From the IMG/VR virus record IMGVR_UViG_3300024269_000017: a DNA stretch of 40,877 bases; one strand, given 5' to 3'. This DNA comes from a virus (lineage: Duplodnaviria > Heunggongvirae > Uroviricota > Caudoviricetes). The notes beneath the pieces are model-generated. The model saw only the letters and a list, made by a program, of their open reading frames with translations, was not told where the DNA came from and did not search any database. Each line of letters opens with the position of its first letter. The first letter of the stretch is position 1. This document shows, in pieces, positions 1-9,624 of this stretch. The translations under genes and the position numbers were made by a program.

Positions 1-2
1 TA

Positions 3-674
3 AGAGAAAAAATTGAATATGAACGATCCATATGGTTAAAAAATATGGAAGAAGAGCAGCAAGCAATATTGCTTGAGACCCAAAAGGAGTTTGCAGAACA
101 GTTCGCCGCAAGCAATCAACAAAAACTCGCGGCCGCACGACAACTCACCGAACAAGTAATTCAGCTCAAGTCAACTGTTGCCTCTGCTGTCGAAATTGCA
201 AAACATAAGATGGAAGAAGAATCTGCCGCAGAATTTTATAAATTACAATTGCCGCAAGAAAGTTTAAATGATATTGAAGCACTTCGTTCTATTGAATCGC
301 TCTTGCATAATTCAGAAGCGATTAATAAAGTGATTTGGAAGATGTATTATGAAAAACCTTATACAGACTTGATTGGTCGTATTGGACTTACAAGTACTGT
401 TTGTGGCATTTATAAAATTACCAATATTGAAAATCAGATGACATATGTTGGTTAGGCTGTAAATATCGCAGACCGTTGGAAACAACATATTAAGCGTGGT
501 ATTGGTGCAGATGCTCCTACATAGAACAAACTTTACCCCGCAATGAAAAAATTTGGTCCAGAAAATTTTACTTTTGAAATTATTGAAAAGTGTTCTCGTG
601 ATAAACTCAATGAGCGAGAAGATTACTGGCAAGAGTTTTATAAAGCAAAAGAATTTGGATACAGTATAAAGTGA
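3..674 (+). CDS. Coiled-coil protein with C-terminal GIY-YIG endonuclease domain (5'-truncated; two in-frame TAG read as Gln)
   Basis: Frame is open from the window start. GIYKITNIENQMTYVG is followed by TAG 453-455, then AVNIADRWKQHIKRGIGADAPT, TAG 522-524, then NKLYPAMKKFGPENFTFEIIEKC...EREDYWQEFY to TGA 672-674. This gives a complete GIY-YIG domain. Confidence 0.85.
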
Positions 675-683
675 GGAAAGTAT

Positions 684-995
684 ATGTATAGAATTATTGA
701 TGGACGTGGTAGCGGTAAGACTAGCCGTTTGATGTTGCTCGCCAAGGAAAATGGAGCAACTCTTGTATGTAGTAATCCAAGAGCAATGGAAGCTAAGGCT
801 CATGCATATGGCATTGTTGGTATTGACTTTATGAGTTATGCTGATGCTATTGATCATATGCGACACCCAGATAGTCGATATACTGCCGAAAATAGACGAC
901 CTGCAATGGTTGTGGATGAAATTGAAGATTTTGTTCAGTGCGCTCTTGGTATGAATGGTCCGCTAATTGGCTATACATTAAGTAATGAGGATTAA
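684..995 (+). CDS. Small P-loop-like hypothetical protein (103 aa)
   Basis: GAGGA RBS; Walker A-like GRGSGKT and Walker B-like MVVDE. Confidence 0.7.
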   Translation: MYRIIDGRGSGKTSRLMLLAKENGATLVCSNPRAMEAKAHAYGIVGIDFMSYADAIDHMRHPDSRYTAENRRPAMVVDEIEDFVQCALGMNGPLIGYTLSNED

Positions 996-998
996 AAT

Positions 999-1997
999 AT
1001 GAAGTTTGCAGAAACAGATGTTTGGGGTTTTGAACACGCATTGCGTGGTATGAGAAACCCAAAGAATAGTTGGAAGCAATCTGATAGTTGGGAAATGCCG
1101 TTCGATGATCCGGAAGGTCCTGCGCGCGGTTTTTATTGGATTGGTCCCAAGGATATGAAGCTCGCTCAGACTCTTATTAAGGCTGGCCCTGAGCATCGTA
1201 AGTTTTTACGTCAGATTTTTGTATCTGTCGATATTACCGCTCCTCTTTATTGGTGGAAGGAATTTGACACCTATAAGGTTGGCACTGTTGCAAATTCCAC
1301 ATCTACTATGCACAAGTTAATGAGTAAGCCAATTACTCGTGAGTCTTTTGAAATTGATGATTTTTGTGAAGATTTAAGTGTTCAAAAAGTTGATCAGAGC
1401 GGAGTCACCGAAGCCGGTCATGAAGTTGGATATCTTGACCATTGGCATATGGAAATGTTTACTGATCATTTGATTGAACATCTTGAAGATATTCGACAGG
1501 ATTATATTCGTTGGCAAGAAGCCGCTAAACTTCCCACTGGCGATGAAGAGTGGCTTGATCATTGCGAAGAAATGCAATATCATTTATGGAAAGAGCTTGT
1601 CCGCTGGCTGCCCGAAGGCTGGCTGCAGACTCGTACTGTTACCATGAATTATGAAAATCTTCTTGCAATGTGTTCCAAGGGTCAGCGTCGTTTCCATAAA
1701 TTAAATGAATGGTCTGGTAAAGAAGATCCGAATCTTACCAGTTTTATTGCTTGGGCTCGCACTCTTCCATATGCACAGGAGTTTATCTTTATTGATGAAA
1801 TGTTCGTCCCAACTCCTGCAGAAGTTTGCGGAAAAGCGCTCCGCGAAATTTGTGGAAAACTCGCTGCGGCGCAAATGACAGAACAGGATTTCTCCGCTCT
1901 TGGTGTTACCGTTTTAAATCCAGATGGAACTTTCAAGTCTGTTTTTGAGATTTTCTCTGAACTTGCGAAGAAATTTGACAAAAATGAAATTTTTTGA
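999..1997 (+). CDS. Phage ThyX-like (flavin-dependent thymidylate synthase-like) protein with C-terminal extension
   Basis: GFEHALRGMRNPKNSW, HRKFLRQIFVSVDITAPLYWWKEFDTYKVG, STMHKL, RTVTMNYENL, RRFHKLNEW resemble a common Firmicute-phage ThyX-related family (recognised from memory). Confidence 0.6.
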   Translation: MKFAETDVWGFEHALRGMRNPKNSWKQSDSWEMPFDDPEGPARGFYWIGPKDMKLAQTLIKAGPEHRKFLRQIFVSVDITAPLYWWKEFDTYKVGTVANSTSTMHKLMSKPITRESFEIDDFCEDLSVQKVDQSGVTEAGHEVGYLDHWHMEMFTDHLIEHLEDIRQDYIRWQEAAKLPTGDEEWLDHCEEMQYHLWKELVRWLPEGWLQTRTVTMNYENLLAMCSKGQRRFHKLNEWSGKEDPNLTSFIAWARTLPYAQEFIFIDEMFVPTPAEVCGKALREICGKLAAAQMTEQDFSALGVTVLNPDGTFKSVFEIFSELAKKFDKNEIF

Positions 1998-2003
1998 TAT
2001 AAT
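1975..2003 (+). promoter_or_regulatory. Consensus sigma70/sigmaA promoter with extended -10
   Basis: TTGACA 1975-1980, 17-bp spacer, TG-A-TATAAT 1998-2003. Confidence 0.85.
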
Positions 2004-2056
2004 ATATATGTAAGGTTGATAAAGAACCGTCAAATAAATCAAAGGAGAAGAAAAAG

Positions 2057-2413
2057 ATGTCTAAACAGCAGGAATTTATTACTTGGGTCGAGGGAATGAT
2101 TTCCGAGAGTTCCATTGAACCCACCGATGGTGCTAAGGCTTATTGGGAGGCTCTCAAGAACGCTGATGTACCATCTGCCAAGCCTGCCTTTACCGACAAT
2201 GGTAAGCTAATTCTACAGCAACTCCAGCAGATGCCCGAGGGAATGTACAAGGCTCGAGACATTGCGGAAGCCCTGTTCATTGCTCCGAAGTCTGTTTCTG
2301 GCGCGATGCGTAAGCTCGTAACGGATGGATATGTTGAAAAGGTTGGCAAGGACCCTATTATGTATTCCATTACTGAAAAAGGTAAGAATGTTGATTTTGA
2401 AGGAGATAACTAA
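2057..2413 (+). CDS. Winged helix-turn-helix (MarR-like) DNA-binding protein
   Basis: KARDIAEALFIAPKSVSGAMRKLVTDGYVEKVGKDPIMYSITEKG; AAGGAG RBS; directly downstream of a promoter. Confidence 0.75.
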   Translation: MSKQQEFITWVEGMISESSIEPTDGAKAYWEALKNADVPSAKPAFTDNGKLILQQLQQMPEGMYKARDIAEALFIAPKSVSGAMRKLVTDGYVEKVGKDPIMYSITEKGKNVDFEGDN

Positions 2414-2416
2414 TTT

Positions 2417-3358
2417 ATGAAGAAGATGATTAATACTACTCACATTGAGGGTCTGGTGTATGACCACAAGCTGGAGAAGAAGGTAAGCGGCGATACTTCC
2501 AAGAATCCCGGTACCGAGTTTATCAACGGCATTCTGAACGTGGCTACTGACGACAAGGGTATGAATGTTGTGCCCGTTCATTTCTCCTATGTGACTGCTA
2601 CCACTTCTAAGGGTGGCACTAATAACACTTATAATGCGCTTGCTCGTATCATCGACGAGAATCCTTCTGTTGTGAAGGTTGGCCGCGATAATGCTATGAA
2701 GGTTCGCATTGATTCTGCGGTTGGTCTGAATGAGTTCTTCGCAGATCTGAAGGACGAGAAACCTGTTTGCGCGAAGCGTAACGAGGGTGGTTTCGTTCAC
2801 ATTGTGAATGAGATTGATGAGGACGAGAAGAAGCGTTCCTATTTTGAAACCGATATGCTGATCACTGGTGTCCGTGATGTTGAGGCTGATCCTGAGCGTA
2901 ATCTGCCTGCCAAGGTTGTTGTTATGGGATATGCATTCGACTTCCGTAATGCACTGCTTCCTGTTGAATATTCCGTTCTGAATGAGAATGGTATGAAGTA
3001 CTTCCAGAAGCTAGATTGCTCTCCTGCGAATCCTACCTTTACCAAGGTTTGGGGTCGTCAGATTTCTCAGACTATTAAGACTGAGATTACTGAAGAGTCT
3101 GCATTCGGTGAGGCTTCTGTTCGCATTCGTGAGACCACCAATCGTGATTTCGTAATTACTGGTACTTCCAAGGTTCCTTATATGTGGGATGATGATAGCA
3201 CCATCACCGCAATGGAAATGAAGAAGGCTCTGCAGGATCGTGAGATTTATCTTGCTGGCGTAAAGAAGCGTCAGGAGGACTACCAGAATTCCAAGACTAA
3301 CGGTGCGGCTGCTAAGACTGCTATGGCTAATACTGCTGCTTCCGGTTATAATTTCTAA
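2417..3358 (+). CDS. Probable single-stranded DNA-binding protein
   Basis: 313 aa, beta-rich, flexible tail ending in an aromatic residue (SGYNF); adjacent to a Sak4-like ATPase; function inferred from context. Confidence 0.5.
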   Translation: MKKMINTTHIEGLVYDHKLEKKVSGDTSKNPGTEFINGILNVATDDKGMNVVPVHFSYVTATTSKGGTNNTYNALARIIDENPSVVKVGRDNAMKVRIDSAVGLNEFFADLKDEKPVCAKRNEGGFVHIVNEIDEDEKKRSYFETDMLITGVRDVEADPERNLPAKVVVMGYAFDFRNALLPVEYSVLNENGMKYFQKLDCSPANPTFTKVWGRQISQTIKTEITEESAFGEASVRIRETTNRDFVITGTSKVPYMWDDDSTITAMEMKKALQDREIYLAGVKKRQEDYQNSKTNGAAAKTAMANTAASGYNF

Positions 3359-3377
3359 TTAAGGAGGAAGAAGTAAT

Positions 3378-4361
3378 ATGGCCAATGCTCTTACAATGAT
3401 TAAGCCACATGAGGTCTCTCGAGACCTCAGTGGTTACTCCGTTCTCTTCTATGGTACCCCTAAGTCTGGTAAGACTACCATTGCTTCTCATTTCCCCAAG
3501 TCCCTTGTATTTGCTTTCGAAAAGGGTTATTCCGCAATTCCCGGTATTATGGCTATTCCCGTTAATAGCTGGCGTGAGTTCCGTAGCTTCCTAATGGATC
3601 TGCGCGAAGATGAAACCAAGGAAATGTACAAGACTGTGGTTATGGATACCGCAGACATTGCTTGGGATTATTGCACTGATTATGTCTGTCAGCAGAATGG
3701 TGTATCCAAGATTGGCGACATTCCTTATGGCGGTGGTTATGCTCTTGCTCAGCGTGAGTTTGACACCTGTATTCGTAAGATTCTGCAGATGGATTATGGC
3801 CTCGTTCTGATCTCTCACTCTAAGGAAAAGACCTTGAAGGATGAACAAGGTAATGAGTACGATCAGATTATGCCCACTCTTGAAAATAAGGCTCGCCTAA
3901 TCTGTGAGCGTACCTGCGATATTATCGGTATGTGTCGTCCTGTTAAGGAAGCCGATGGTAGTGTTCAGACTCGTCTGTTCCTGCGCGAGACTCCTCGTTA
4001 TGTCGCTGGTTCTCGTTTCAAGTATATTGTGGATTCCATCCCCTTCACCTATGATAATCTTGTAAAGGCAATTACTGATGCTATCGAGAAGGAAGCTCAG
4101 GAAACTGGAAACAAGTACGTTACCGCAACTAAGGCAAACCTGCATATTGCACCTGAAGCTAAGACCTATGATTTCAAGGCCCTGATTGATGAATTCCAGA
4201 CTATCGTCGGTCAGCTTATGAGCAAGAGCCCGGCTAACCGTTCTAAGATTTCTGGCATCGTAGCCGAGTATCTGGGCGGCGAAAAGAAGGTTGGAGATTG
4301 CACCGAAGATGATGCACCTCAGCTTGACCTGATCCTTCAGGAGCTCCGCACTCTAGCCTAA
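3378..4361 (+). CDS. AAA_24/Sak4-like phage NTP-binding (recombination) protein
   Basis: VLFYGTPKSGKTT Walker A, VVMDT Walker B, GLVLISHSKEK; GGAGG RBS. Confidence 0.75.
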   Translation: MANALTMIKPHEVSRDLSGYSVLFYGTPKSGKTTIASHFPKSLVFAFEKGYSAIPGIMAIPVNSWREFRSFLMDLREDETKEMYKTVVMDTADIAWDYCTDYVCQQNGVSKIGDIPYGGGYALAQREFDTCIRKILQMDYGLVLISHSKEKTLKDEQGNEYDQIMPTLENKARLICERTCDIIGMCRPVKEADGSVQTRLFLRETPRYVAGSRFKYIVDSIPFTYDNLVKAITDAIEKEAQETGNKYVTATKANLHIAPEAKTYDFKALIDEFQTIVGQLMSKSPANRSKISGIVAEYLGGEKKVGDCTEDDAPQLDLILQELRTLA

Positions 4362-4375
4362 TCTCTCTCATATAC

Positions 4376-4410
4376 GAGCCACGGATGAAATACTCCGTGG
4401 CTTGACTTTT
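4376..4410 (+). terminator. Probable intrinsic terminator
   Basis: Stem GAGCCACGGA/TCCGTGGCTT followed by GACTTTT, just after the ATPase stop. Confidence 0.55.
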
Positions 4411-4430
4411 ATTAAAAAATATGATATAAT
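4402..4430 (+). promoter_or_regulatory. Sigma70-type promoter with extended -10
   Basis: TTGACT 4402-4407, 17 bp, TG-A-TATAAT 4425-4430. Confidence 0.8.
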
Positions 4431-4464
4431 ATATGTAGAAGGAATATAGAAAGGAGCGTCGGTG

Positions 4465-4983
4465 ATGGCACATGTAGTAAAATGCCCATATTGTGGCAAA
4501 TCCTTCGATAGAGATAAAATGTTAGATTTTGTGCAGGTTAATTCTCGTCGATATGCACATACCCAGTGTCATGCAGAACACCTCGCTCAAATGTCTCAAG
4601 AGGAGAAAGACTTGATGGCGCTTGAGGCATACATCAAGAAACTACTCAATTTGGATACGATAAATGCGCGAGTGCGGAAACAAATTACTGATTATCACAA
4701 CAATCAGAATTATTCTTATACAGGAATTCTGAAAGCATTGACTTATTTCTATGAAGTCAAAGGTAATTCCACAGAAAAAGCCAACGGTGGTATTGGTATT
4801 GTTCCATATGTATATCAAGATGCATTTAACTATTATTACCATATTTGGATGGCGAAACAAACCAATGAGGTAAAACCAATTGAGCAATATACCGCTCCTC
4901 CAAAGAGAGAAATTGTTATTCCTCGTCCAAAGAGAGTGGAAAAGAAAAGAAAATTATTTGCGTTTTTAGACGAGGAGGAGTAA
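4465..4983 (+). CDS. Zn-finger protein preceding helicase (possible helicase loader/replication accessory)
   Basis: CPYC...HTQC motif; AAGGAG RBS; immediately upstream of DnaB. Confidence 0.6.
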   Translation: MAHVVKCPYCGKSFDRDKMLDFVQVNSRRYAHTQCHAEHLAQMSQEEKDLMALEAYIKKLLNLDTINARVRKQITDYHNNQNYSYTGILKALTYFYEVKGNSTEKANGGIGIVPYVYQDAFNYYYHIWMAKQTNEVKPIEQYTAPPKREIVIPRPKRVEKKRKLFAFLDEEE

Positions 4984-4986
4984 CCA

Positions 4987-6534
4987 ATGGGTTCTAAATA
5001 TGTAGATAGCACAGCGATAATGCAAGTCATTGGTTGTGTATATAATGAACCTAAACTGCTCGACATGCAAGAAGCATATGTTGTAACTGAGGAAGATTTT
5101 CCAGAAGATTTCCATAAGATTGTTTATGGTACAATTTATAAGTTGCATGAGTCTGGCGTTAAGTCTATTACTCTTGAAGCAATCAATGACTTTCTAGATA
5201 CCAAGCCTAAGAAAAAGGCAATCTTTGACGTAAATAAAGGTAATGAGTATCTGCAAAAAGTGGGCGCAATTGCATCTACAACCACATTTAAATATTATTA
5301 TGATAGACTGAAGAAAATGACTCTTCTACGCGCATATGATAATTTTGGTTTGGATGTATCTTTCTTGTATGACCCTGACAATATTTTGGATTTGAAAAAG
5401 AAAGAAGCTCAAGAGGAATGGTTTGATAATGTATCACTCGAAACTATCGCTGATACTATTGATAGCAAAATCGCTACTATTAGGGAAGAGTACGCAGAAG
5501 GCGAGGGTCTTTATGGAGCGTCTTACCCTGCAGGCGATGGTATTGAAGAACTGATTCGACGTTTTGAAGAAGTGCCTGATGTTGGTGTTCCTCTATTTGG
5601 TAATTATATTAACACCATTACAAGAGGGGCAAGACTTGGCAAGTTTTATCTACGATCTGCTCCCACTGGCGTTGGTAAGACTCGTAGTATGATTGCCGAT
5701 GCATGTTTTATCGGCTGTAATCGTTTTTATGATGAAGAATTTGGATGGGTAAAGAATGGTCAAGCTTTGCCAACTTTGTTCATCGGCACTGAACAGGATA
5801 AAGATGAAATTCAAACAATGATGCTCGCATTTTTGTCTAACGTAAATGAAGAGCATATTCTGAATGGTCAGTATGATCCTGGCGAAAGAGATAGAGTATT
5901 TGAGGCAGCAAGAATCATTAAAGAGTCTCCGCTTTATATCGAAGAACTGCCAGAGTTTAATCTACAGGATGTTGAAAATGTAATCAAACGTAATCTGCGT
6001 GAAAGAGACATTCAGTATGTATTTCATGATTACATTCACACTAGTCTGAAAATCTTGGAAGAGATTAGTAAGAAAGCTGGCAAGGTTGCACTTCGTGAAG
6101 ATAATATCTTGTTTATGCTGTCTGCGCGCATTAAGGAGATCTGCGTGAAGCATAATGTTTTCATTATGTCTGCGACTCAATTAAATGGTGATTATCAGGA
6201 CGCGAAAACTCCTGACCAGAATCTTCTGCGTGGTGCAAAGGCTATCGCTGATAAGATTGACTATGGTTCTATTTTACTTCCTGTAAAAGAAGTTGATTTG
6301 GCATCTCTTGAGAATGTGCTTTCTCGCAATCCTAATTTTGGCACGCCAAATATCAAACTATCTATTTATAAGAATAGACGAGGTCGATATAAAGGAGTTA
6401 TTCTTTGGTGTAAGGCAGATTTGGGAACTTGCCGCATTCAGCCAGTATTTTTAACTGACTTTATGTATGAACTACAAACGATTGAAGATATAAAAGTGCT
6501 GACACAAGAGGAATCAGCATTTGAGGAGGATTAA
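4987..6534 (+). CDS. dnaB: Replicative DnaB-like helicase
   Basis: RSAPTGVGKTR Walker A, YVFHDYI, MSATQLN, IADKID, KNRRGR. Confidence 0.9.
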   Translation: MGSKYVDSTAIMQVIGCVYNEPKLLDMQEAYVVTEEDFPEDFHKIVYGTIYKLHESGVKSITLEAINDFLDTKPKKKAIFDVNKGNEYLQKVGAIASTTTFKYYYDRLKKMTLLRAYDNFGLDVSFLYDPDNILDLKKKEAQEEWFDNVSLETIADTIDSKIATIREEYAEGEGLYGASYPAGDGIEELIRRFEEVPDVGVPLFGNYINTITRGARLGKFYLRSAPTGVGKTRSMIADACFIGCNRFYDEEFGWVKNGQALPTLFIGTEQDKDEIQTMMLAFLSNVNEEHILNGQYDPGERDRVFEAARIIKESPLYIEELPEFNLQDVENVIKRNLRERDIQYVFHDYIHTSLKILEEISKKAGKVALREDNILFMLSARIKEICVKHNVFIMSATQLNGDYQDAKTPDQNLLRGAKAIADKIDYGSILLPVKEVDLASLENVLSRNPNFGTPNIKLSIYKNRRGRYKGVILWCKADLGTCRIQPVFLTDFMYELQTIEDIKVLTQEESAFEED

Positions 6535-6535
6535 T

Positions 6536-6718
6536 ATGGCTAATACTAATAAGGTTATTTGGGGACGTGAACTGGAATATGTGATGCCTCGTGGCATGTA
6601 TGAGGATCTGCGTGAGCAGGCTCCCAAGAATGTTAATACCAAGGATTGGGTCATGGACTATATCAATGATACTTTTGGTCTGCTCGGCACGGTGACGGAG
6701 ATTCGTATCGAAGGGTAA
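6536..6718 (+). CDS. Hypothetical protein (60 aa)
   Basis: GAGGAGG RBS upstream of ATG 6536; fills the dnaB-primase gap. Confidence 0.65.
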   Translation: MANTNKVIWGRELEYVMPRGMYEDLREQAPKNVNTKDWVMDYINDTFGLLGTVTEIRIEG

Positions 6719-6724
6719 AATTTT

Positions 6725-7825
6725 ATGATGAAATATGACAAGGATGAAATCAAAGGAAAATTAACCACCGATATGGTGTTTGATATTGTTGAAGAATTGG
6801 GCGGCGACCCTCGCAAAACAGATTTTGGTTTTATCTCTGCCACTATTTGTCATAATGAGCCGGGCGAGGGCTCTCACAAATTATATTATTATGAGAACAC
6901 CGCCCTATTTCGTTGTTATACTGGCTGTGACAGCTATTTTGATATATTCGAGTTAATTGCAAAAATAAAAGAAGTTCGTAGCTCAGAGGAATGGGGTCTA
7001 TATGACTCTGTTCGCTGGGTTGCTGGACGTTACGGCTGGGGTCCAACTGTCGAAGATGATGAGGACGTTCCAAATCTCGCAGACTGGAAGTTATTAGAAA
7101 AATATGATAAACTCCATACTGAGAAAAAGGAAAGTCGAAACATTCAATTACCAGAATACGATCAAACAATTCTAAAAAATCTTTCATATCCAAATATCGC
7201 CGATTGGACGGATGAGGGAATTACAAGAGAGGTTCAACTGGCTAATCTTATTGGATATTATCCATCAGGTGAACAAATTACGATTCCACATTTTGATATT
7301 AATGGACGTTTTGTTGGATTGCGCGGAAGATCTTTAGGACAAGATGATGCAGATCGTTTTGGTAAATATCGACCCCTAATAGTTGGTAAGGAAATGTATA
7401 ATCATTCTCTTGGCTTGAATCTGTATAATATCAATAATAGCGCTCCACATATCAAAGTAGCTAAAACTGCAATTGTGTTTGAAGGCGAAAAATCATGTCT
7501 TTTGTATCAATCTTATTTTGGACGAGAGAATGATATTTCTGTGGCCTGTTGTGGCTCTGCTGTCAGCTCAATCCAAATGTCAATTCTTCTAAATCTTGGT
7601 GTAAAAGAAATAGTAATTGCTTTTGATAGGCAGTTCCAAAAGAAGAATGATGAAGAGTTCAAACGCTTGGTAAAAAATTTAAAGGCTATAAAAGCACGAT
7701 ATGGACAGTATGCAACTATATCTTTTATGTTCGATACAGAAGATGTATTACCTTATAAAGCATCTCCCATTGACTGCGGGCCAACGGTATTTTTAGATAT
7801 GTTTAAGAAGAGGATTATTTTGTAA
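6725..7825 (+). CDS. dnaG: DNA primase (Zn-binding domain + TOPRIM)
   Basis: TICHN...SHKLYYY...FRCYTGC Zn domain; GLRGR; VFEGEKS and VIAFD TOPRIM motifs. Confidence 0.85.
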   Translation: MMKYDKDEIKGKLTTDMVFDIVEELGGDPRKTDFGFISATICHNEPGEGSHKLYYYENTALFRCYTGCDSYFDIFELIAKIKEVRSSEEWGLYDSVRWVAGRYGWGPTVEDDEDVPNLADWKLLEKYDKLHTEKKESRNIQLPEYDQTILKNLSYPNIADWTDEGITREVQLANLIGYYPSGEQITIPHFDINGRFVGLRGRSLGQDDADRFGKYRPLIVGKEMYNHSLGLNLYNINNSAPHIKVAKTAIVFEGEKSCLLYQSYFGRENDISVACCGSAVSSIQMSILLNLGVKEIVIAFDRQFQKKNDEEFKRLVKNLKAIKARYGQYATISFMFDTEDVLPYKASPIDCGPTVFLDMFKKRIIL

Positions 7826-9561
7826 TGAATTATAAATTAATAGCACCAAGAGATGATGAGCTTACTGCAATTGAGCAGGTGCTTGTAAATAGAGGGATTC
7901 CCTATAAAGATATTCGTTTATATTTGAATCTTAATGATTCAGTTATTCAAGACCCATATGGTCTTACCAACATTGAATTGGGCGCGAGACGATTGCTCCA
8001 AGCGATGTTGAGACAAGAGGAGATTTATGTTCAAGTCGATAGTGACTGCGATGGTTACACGTCTGCGGCGGTTCTTATTAATTACCTACATCGTGTGTTC
8101 CCTTCAATTGTGGAAAATAAAGTACGATATGGGTTGCATACGAAAAAGCATCACGGAATTGCGGTGGAAGATATTCCCAGTGGATGTACGTTGGTGGTGG
8201 CACCTGATTCGTCATCAAATGAAGCGGATATTCACAGAGAACTCAAAGCTAATGGAATCGATGTACTCGTCCTGGATCACCACCACGCAGAACCCGACGG
8301 ACAAGACCCAGCAATAATTGTTAATAACCAGATGTGCGACTATGATAATAAGTGTCTATCTGGTGTTGGTGTAGTCTATAAATTTTGTAAAGTTTTAGAT
8401 GATCTAATTGGTGTATCATATGCTGACGATTTCCTTGATTTGGTCGCTCTTGGAATGGTTGCTGATATGATGGATTTGCGTTCTTTTGAAACGAAGCGAT
8501 TGATTGATATTGGATGCACAGAAATTCATAATCCGTTCTTTGTCCATATGGCGAAAAAGAATGATTATTCTATGAAGAGTAAAATTAATCCATTTACAAT
8601 TTCATTTTATGTAGCTCCATTTATTAATGCAATCACTCGTAGTGGTAATGATGCAGAAAAGTTGCTGATCTTTGAATCTCTATTAGATCATCGAGCAATG
8701 CGATTAATTCCATCTGGTAATCGCAATCGTAAAGGATTAGAAGATTTACTTGTGGTTGAAGCAATCCGCGTTGCTGGTAATGTTAAAAAGCATCAGGATG
8801 ATGCAAAAGTTAAGGCACTTGATGATTTACGATTCCGCATTAATTCTGGAGAATGCGATTTTGGTATCTTGATTATCACTCTTGATAATCCTATTGATAC
8901 CAATCTTACTGGTTTGTTAGCAAACCAAATTATGGCTGAATATGGTAAACCAACTTTGATTTTAAACAAGAGGATAAACAATGAAACAGGAGAAATCACT
9001 TGGGAAGGTTCTGGCCGAGGCTTCATTACTCCTCATGTTAATGATTGGCGTGCTTATCTTGAACAATACGCTATGTATGCAGAAGGTCATGCGATGGCTT
9101 TCGGAGTTGGTTTTATCCCTGATCAGCTGACAGACTTTAAGCATTTAATGACCACTAGCCCAATGGATATTACAAAGTCTTATGATGTTGATTTTGTATT
9201 CCAAATGACTGATAATTTTGATGCCGACATTCTTGATGTTGCAAAATATGATGAAATGTGGGGTCAAGGTTTAACTCAGCCGATGGTGGCTATTAAAAAT
9301 ATTTCTTTGAAGAAAGACGACATTCTTCTGCAGGGTAAAGGCACATTAAAACTTAAACTTGGTAATCATCGTACTACATGCATTAAGTTTGGTGGAACCG
9401 ATATTTATAATGAATTACAGTCTTTGTTCCCGTCTGATGATGCTACAATTAAGCTCAATCTAATCGGCACCTGTGCTTTAAATGATTGGGGTGGAAGCAT
9501 TTCTCCCCAGCTAAAGCTGGTTGATTATGATGTGTCATATGTAGATACTTGGGGTTTTTAA
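7825..9561 (+). CDS. recJ: RecJ-like ssDNA exonuclease (DHH family)
   Basis: DSDCDGYTS, VLDHH, ALGMVADMM, GSGRG, GHAMAFG. Confidence 0.9.
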   Translation: MNYKLIAPRDDELTAIEQVLVNRGIPYKDIRLYLNLNDSVIQDPYGLTNIELGARRLLQAMLRQEEIYVQVDSDCDGYTSAAVLINYLHRVFPSIVENKVRYGLHTKKHHGIAVEDIPSGCTLVVAPDSSSNEADIHRELKANGIDVLVLDHHHAEPDGQDPAIIVNNQMCDYDNKCLSGVGVVYKFCKVLDDLIGVSYADDFLDLVALGMVADMMDLRSFETKRLIDIGCTEIHNPFFVHMAKKNDYSMKSKINPFTISFYVAPFINAITRSGNDAEKLLIFESLLDHRAMRLIPSGNRNRKGLEDLLVVEAIRVAGNVKKHQDDAKVKALDDLRFRINSGECDFGILIITLDNPIDTNLTGLLANQIMAEYGKPTLILNKRINNETGEITWEGSGRGFITPHVNDWRAYLEQYAMYAEGHAMAFGVGFIPDQLTDFKHLMTTSPMDITKSYDVDFVFQMTDNFDADILDVAKYDEMWGQGLTQPMVAIKNISLKKDDILLQGKGTLKLKLGNHRTTCIKFGGTDIYNELQSLFPSDDATIKLNLIGTCALNDWGGSISPQLKLVDYDVSYVDTWGF

Positions 9562-9562
9562 T

Positions 9563-9591
9563 TTGACAACTTCAAAAAGAAATGGTATAAT
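9563..9591 (+). promoter_or_regulatory. Consensus sigma70 promoter with extended -10
   Basis: TTGACA 9563-9568, 17 bp, TG-G-TATAAT 9586-9591. Confidence 0.85.
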
Positions 9592-9624
9592 ATAATTGTA
9601 GAAAATAGGAAAGTAGGAACTTAA

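Noticed and set aside
45-455. Track ORF fragments ending in TAG treated as separate genes or pseudogenes (also 22285-22518, 23330-23554, 26393-26575, 31433-31807, 34144-34545, 34672-35688, 36238-37998)
   Set aside because: Each continues in frame with family-consistent sequence after the TAG; better explained by recoding
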